A stretch of DNA of 63,888 bases, the filler included, from Octopus bimaculoides (Eukaryota), in NCBI RefSeq assembly GCF_001194135.2. It is 6 parts of 6 records of this genome, joined end to end, with 100 filler letters (N's around TTAATTAATTAA, not from the genome) between each part and the next. Parts side by side here need not be neighbours in the genome. Positions count along the whole stretch, not along the records: positions 62,855 to 63,888 come from NC_068983.1; 5 more parts are not named here. One strand, written 5' to 3'. The notes beneath the pieces are model-generated. The model was not told the origin of the DNA and made no database searches. It was given only the letters and a program-made list of their open reading frames with translations. The position numbers and the translations under genes were made by a program. Shown here piece by piece: positions 62,860 to 63,888 of the stretch (positions are counted from its first letter, which is position 1; every line of letters starts with the position of its first letter).

Positions 62860-63520
62860 CATAGACAGACATGACAAAAGTAAATAGACACCCCATAAGA
62901 CATCGTTTTATGTTTATTCTTGCAAAGGTTTATATTTTTTATGAATTGATATTTTCATGCTTAATTTCTATATATGACTCTTTAATCATGCCATGTACAA
63001 AAGAAGCCTTGGAACTGTCAGAATTTTAAAGTAGCTATATTGTTGGCAGATCTGAAAGTAGACGTAACGTAAATTCACCAAAAACCTTGGGATCCTATTT
63101 TTTATAGTGAATAGAGTGATTGTGCAATTCACCAGAGAGGGCAAGGAGTCCACATCACCTCACTCAGCTTGACCAAGGCTCTCTAATCGGACCTTTCTCT
63201 TTGTTAAGAGATGTGTGGAGGATAATCCTCATTGCAAGGCCTCTGACATACCAGAACAAGTTGATATCCGTCCATCTTCAAAGCCATCTTTTTTGAGATA
63301 ATTGCATGAAACTTGGCACGAAATTCCTCAAGAGAATATTCGTTATCTGATTATTTATATGCCTAATAGGGTTCTTGCATTGAAAAATGCAAGAGGCATG
63401 TCTACTGAATATTAAATATTCACATTATAACAATTAATGAATAATTTGAATGTATGATTTCAGATTTAAATAAATTTTAACGAATATAAGCCTGTCTATT
63501 TACTTTTATCATGTCTCTGT
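62860..63520 (+). mobile_element. Internally deleted Tc1 element with both TIRs
   Basis: TIR AGACATGACAAAAGTAAATAGACA (62867-62890) vs 63493-63516 (23/24). N-terminus MPCTKEALELSEF*SSYIVG; C-terminus ETWHEIPQENIRYLIIYMPNRVLALKNARGMSTEY*. Confidence 0.85.
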
Positions 63521-63532
63521 TTAGATATTAAC

Positions 63533-63888
63533 ATGCGACAGGTTTATTTAGCCAGAGGGGAAGCAGATAAGAAAAGATTTGCCAATGTTTGCCAATGTTT
63601 TGTGTTGCAAGACAGTGTAGGAGAGAGAATAGTGATGTCGTAGGAGAGAAATGTGTTCGCATGGATGATGGTACGCTTGCACTAAATGAGGCTGCAAAGA
63701 AAGAGGTCTGGATATGCCACTACGATAGATTGCTTAATAAAGAGAATGAATGGGAGAAAGAGAGTCTGCTGTATGTCGACCCAACAGAGGGACCAGCTAT
63801 CCGAGTTGATAGTACCAGGGTAGATAAAGCAATTAAGAGTATGAAGACCGGGAAAGCCCCCGGTCCATCAGGAATCACTGCAGAGATG
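63533..63888 (+). mobile_element. RTE-clade LINE ORF fragment (linker to RT start), runs off window end
   Basis: 63598-63888 is open for 97 codons: ..VWICHYDRLLNKENEW..VDKAIKSMKTGKAPGPSGITAEM; 10-bp duplication GCCAATGTTT at 63581-63600. Confidence 0.9.

Overview
AT-rich, microsatellite-dense animal genomic DNA with many N-gaps. The repeat content looks like an octopus (coleoid cephalopod) assembly; this is inference from remembered repeat families, not a search. No intact protein-coding gene, rRNA, true tRNA or CRISPR array is visible, and nearly all long ORFs in the track are N-gap or microsatellite artefacts. The window is intron/intergenic-like and built from transposon debris. Retroelements: two R4/Dong-type RT fragments abutting (TAA)n arrays, a Tx1/L1-like LINE with an internal deletion, RTE and jockey/CR1-like LINE pieces, and several Penelope-like (PLE) fragments. 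DNA transposons: mariner, Tc1 and hAT remnants, three MITEs and a Helitron-like 5' end. There are also about 40 tRNA-derived SINE copies (SINE-A1/A2, B, C, D, E are my working labels). Best leads: (1) the SINE-A1 tail matches the 3' end of the Tx1-like LINE, including a small stem-loop, and SINE-A1 is twice fused into the head of another SINE-A at the same base; (2) a two-copy repeat carries a minimal type I hammerhead ribozyme core, one copy lying downstream of a PLE ORF; (3) three SINEs are stacked at one 17-bp target; (4) a MITE with 104-bp arms and inverted SINE pairs could form editable dsRNA. Host-gene exons are only weakly supported. Five N44-TTAATTAATTAA-N44 spacers mark artificial joins, so adjacency across them is unproven.
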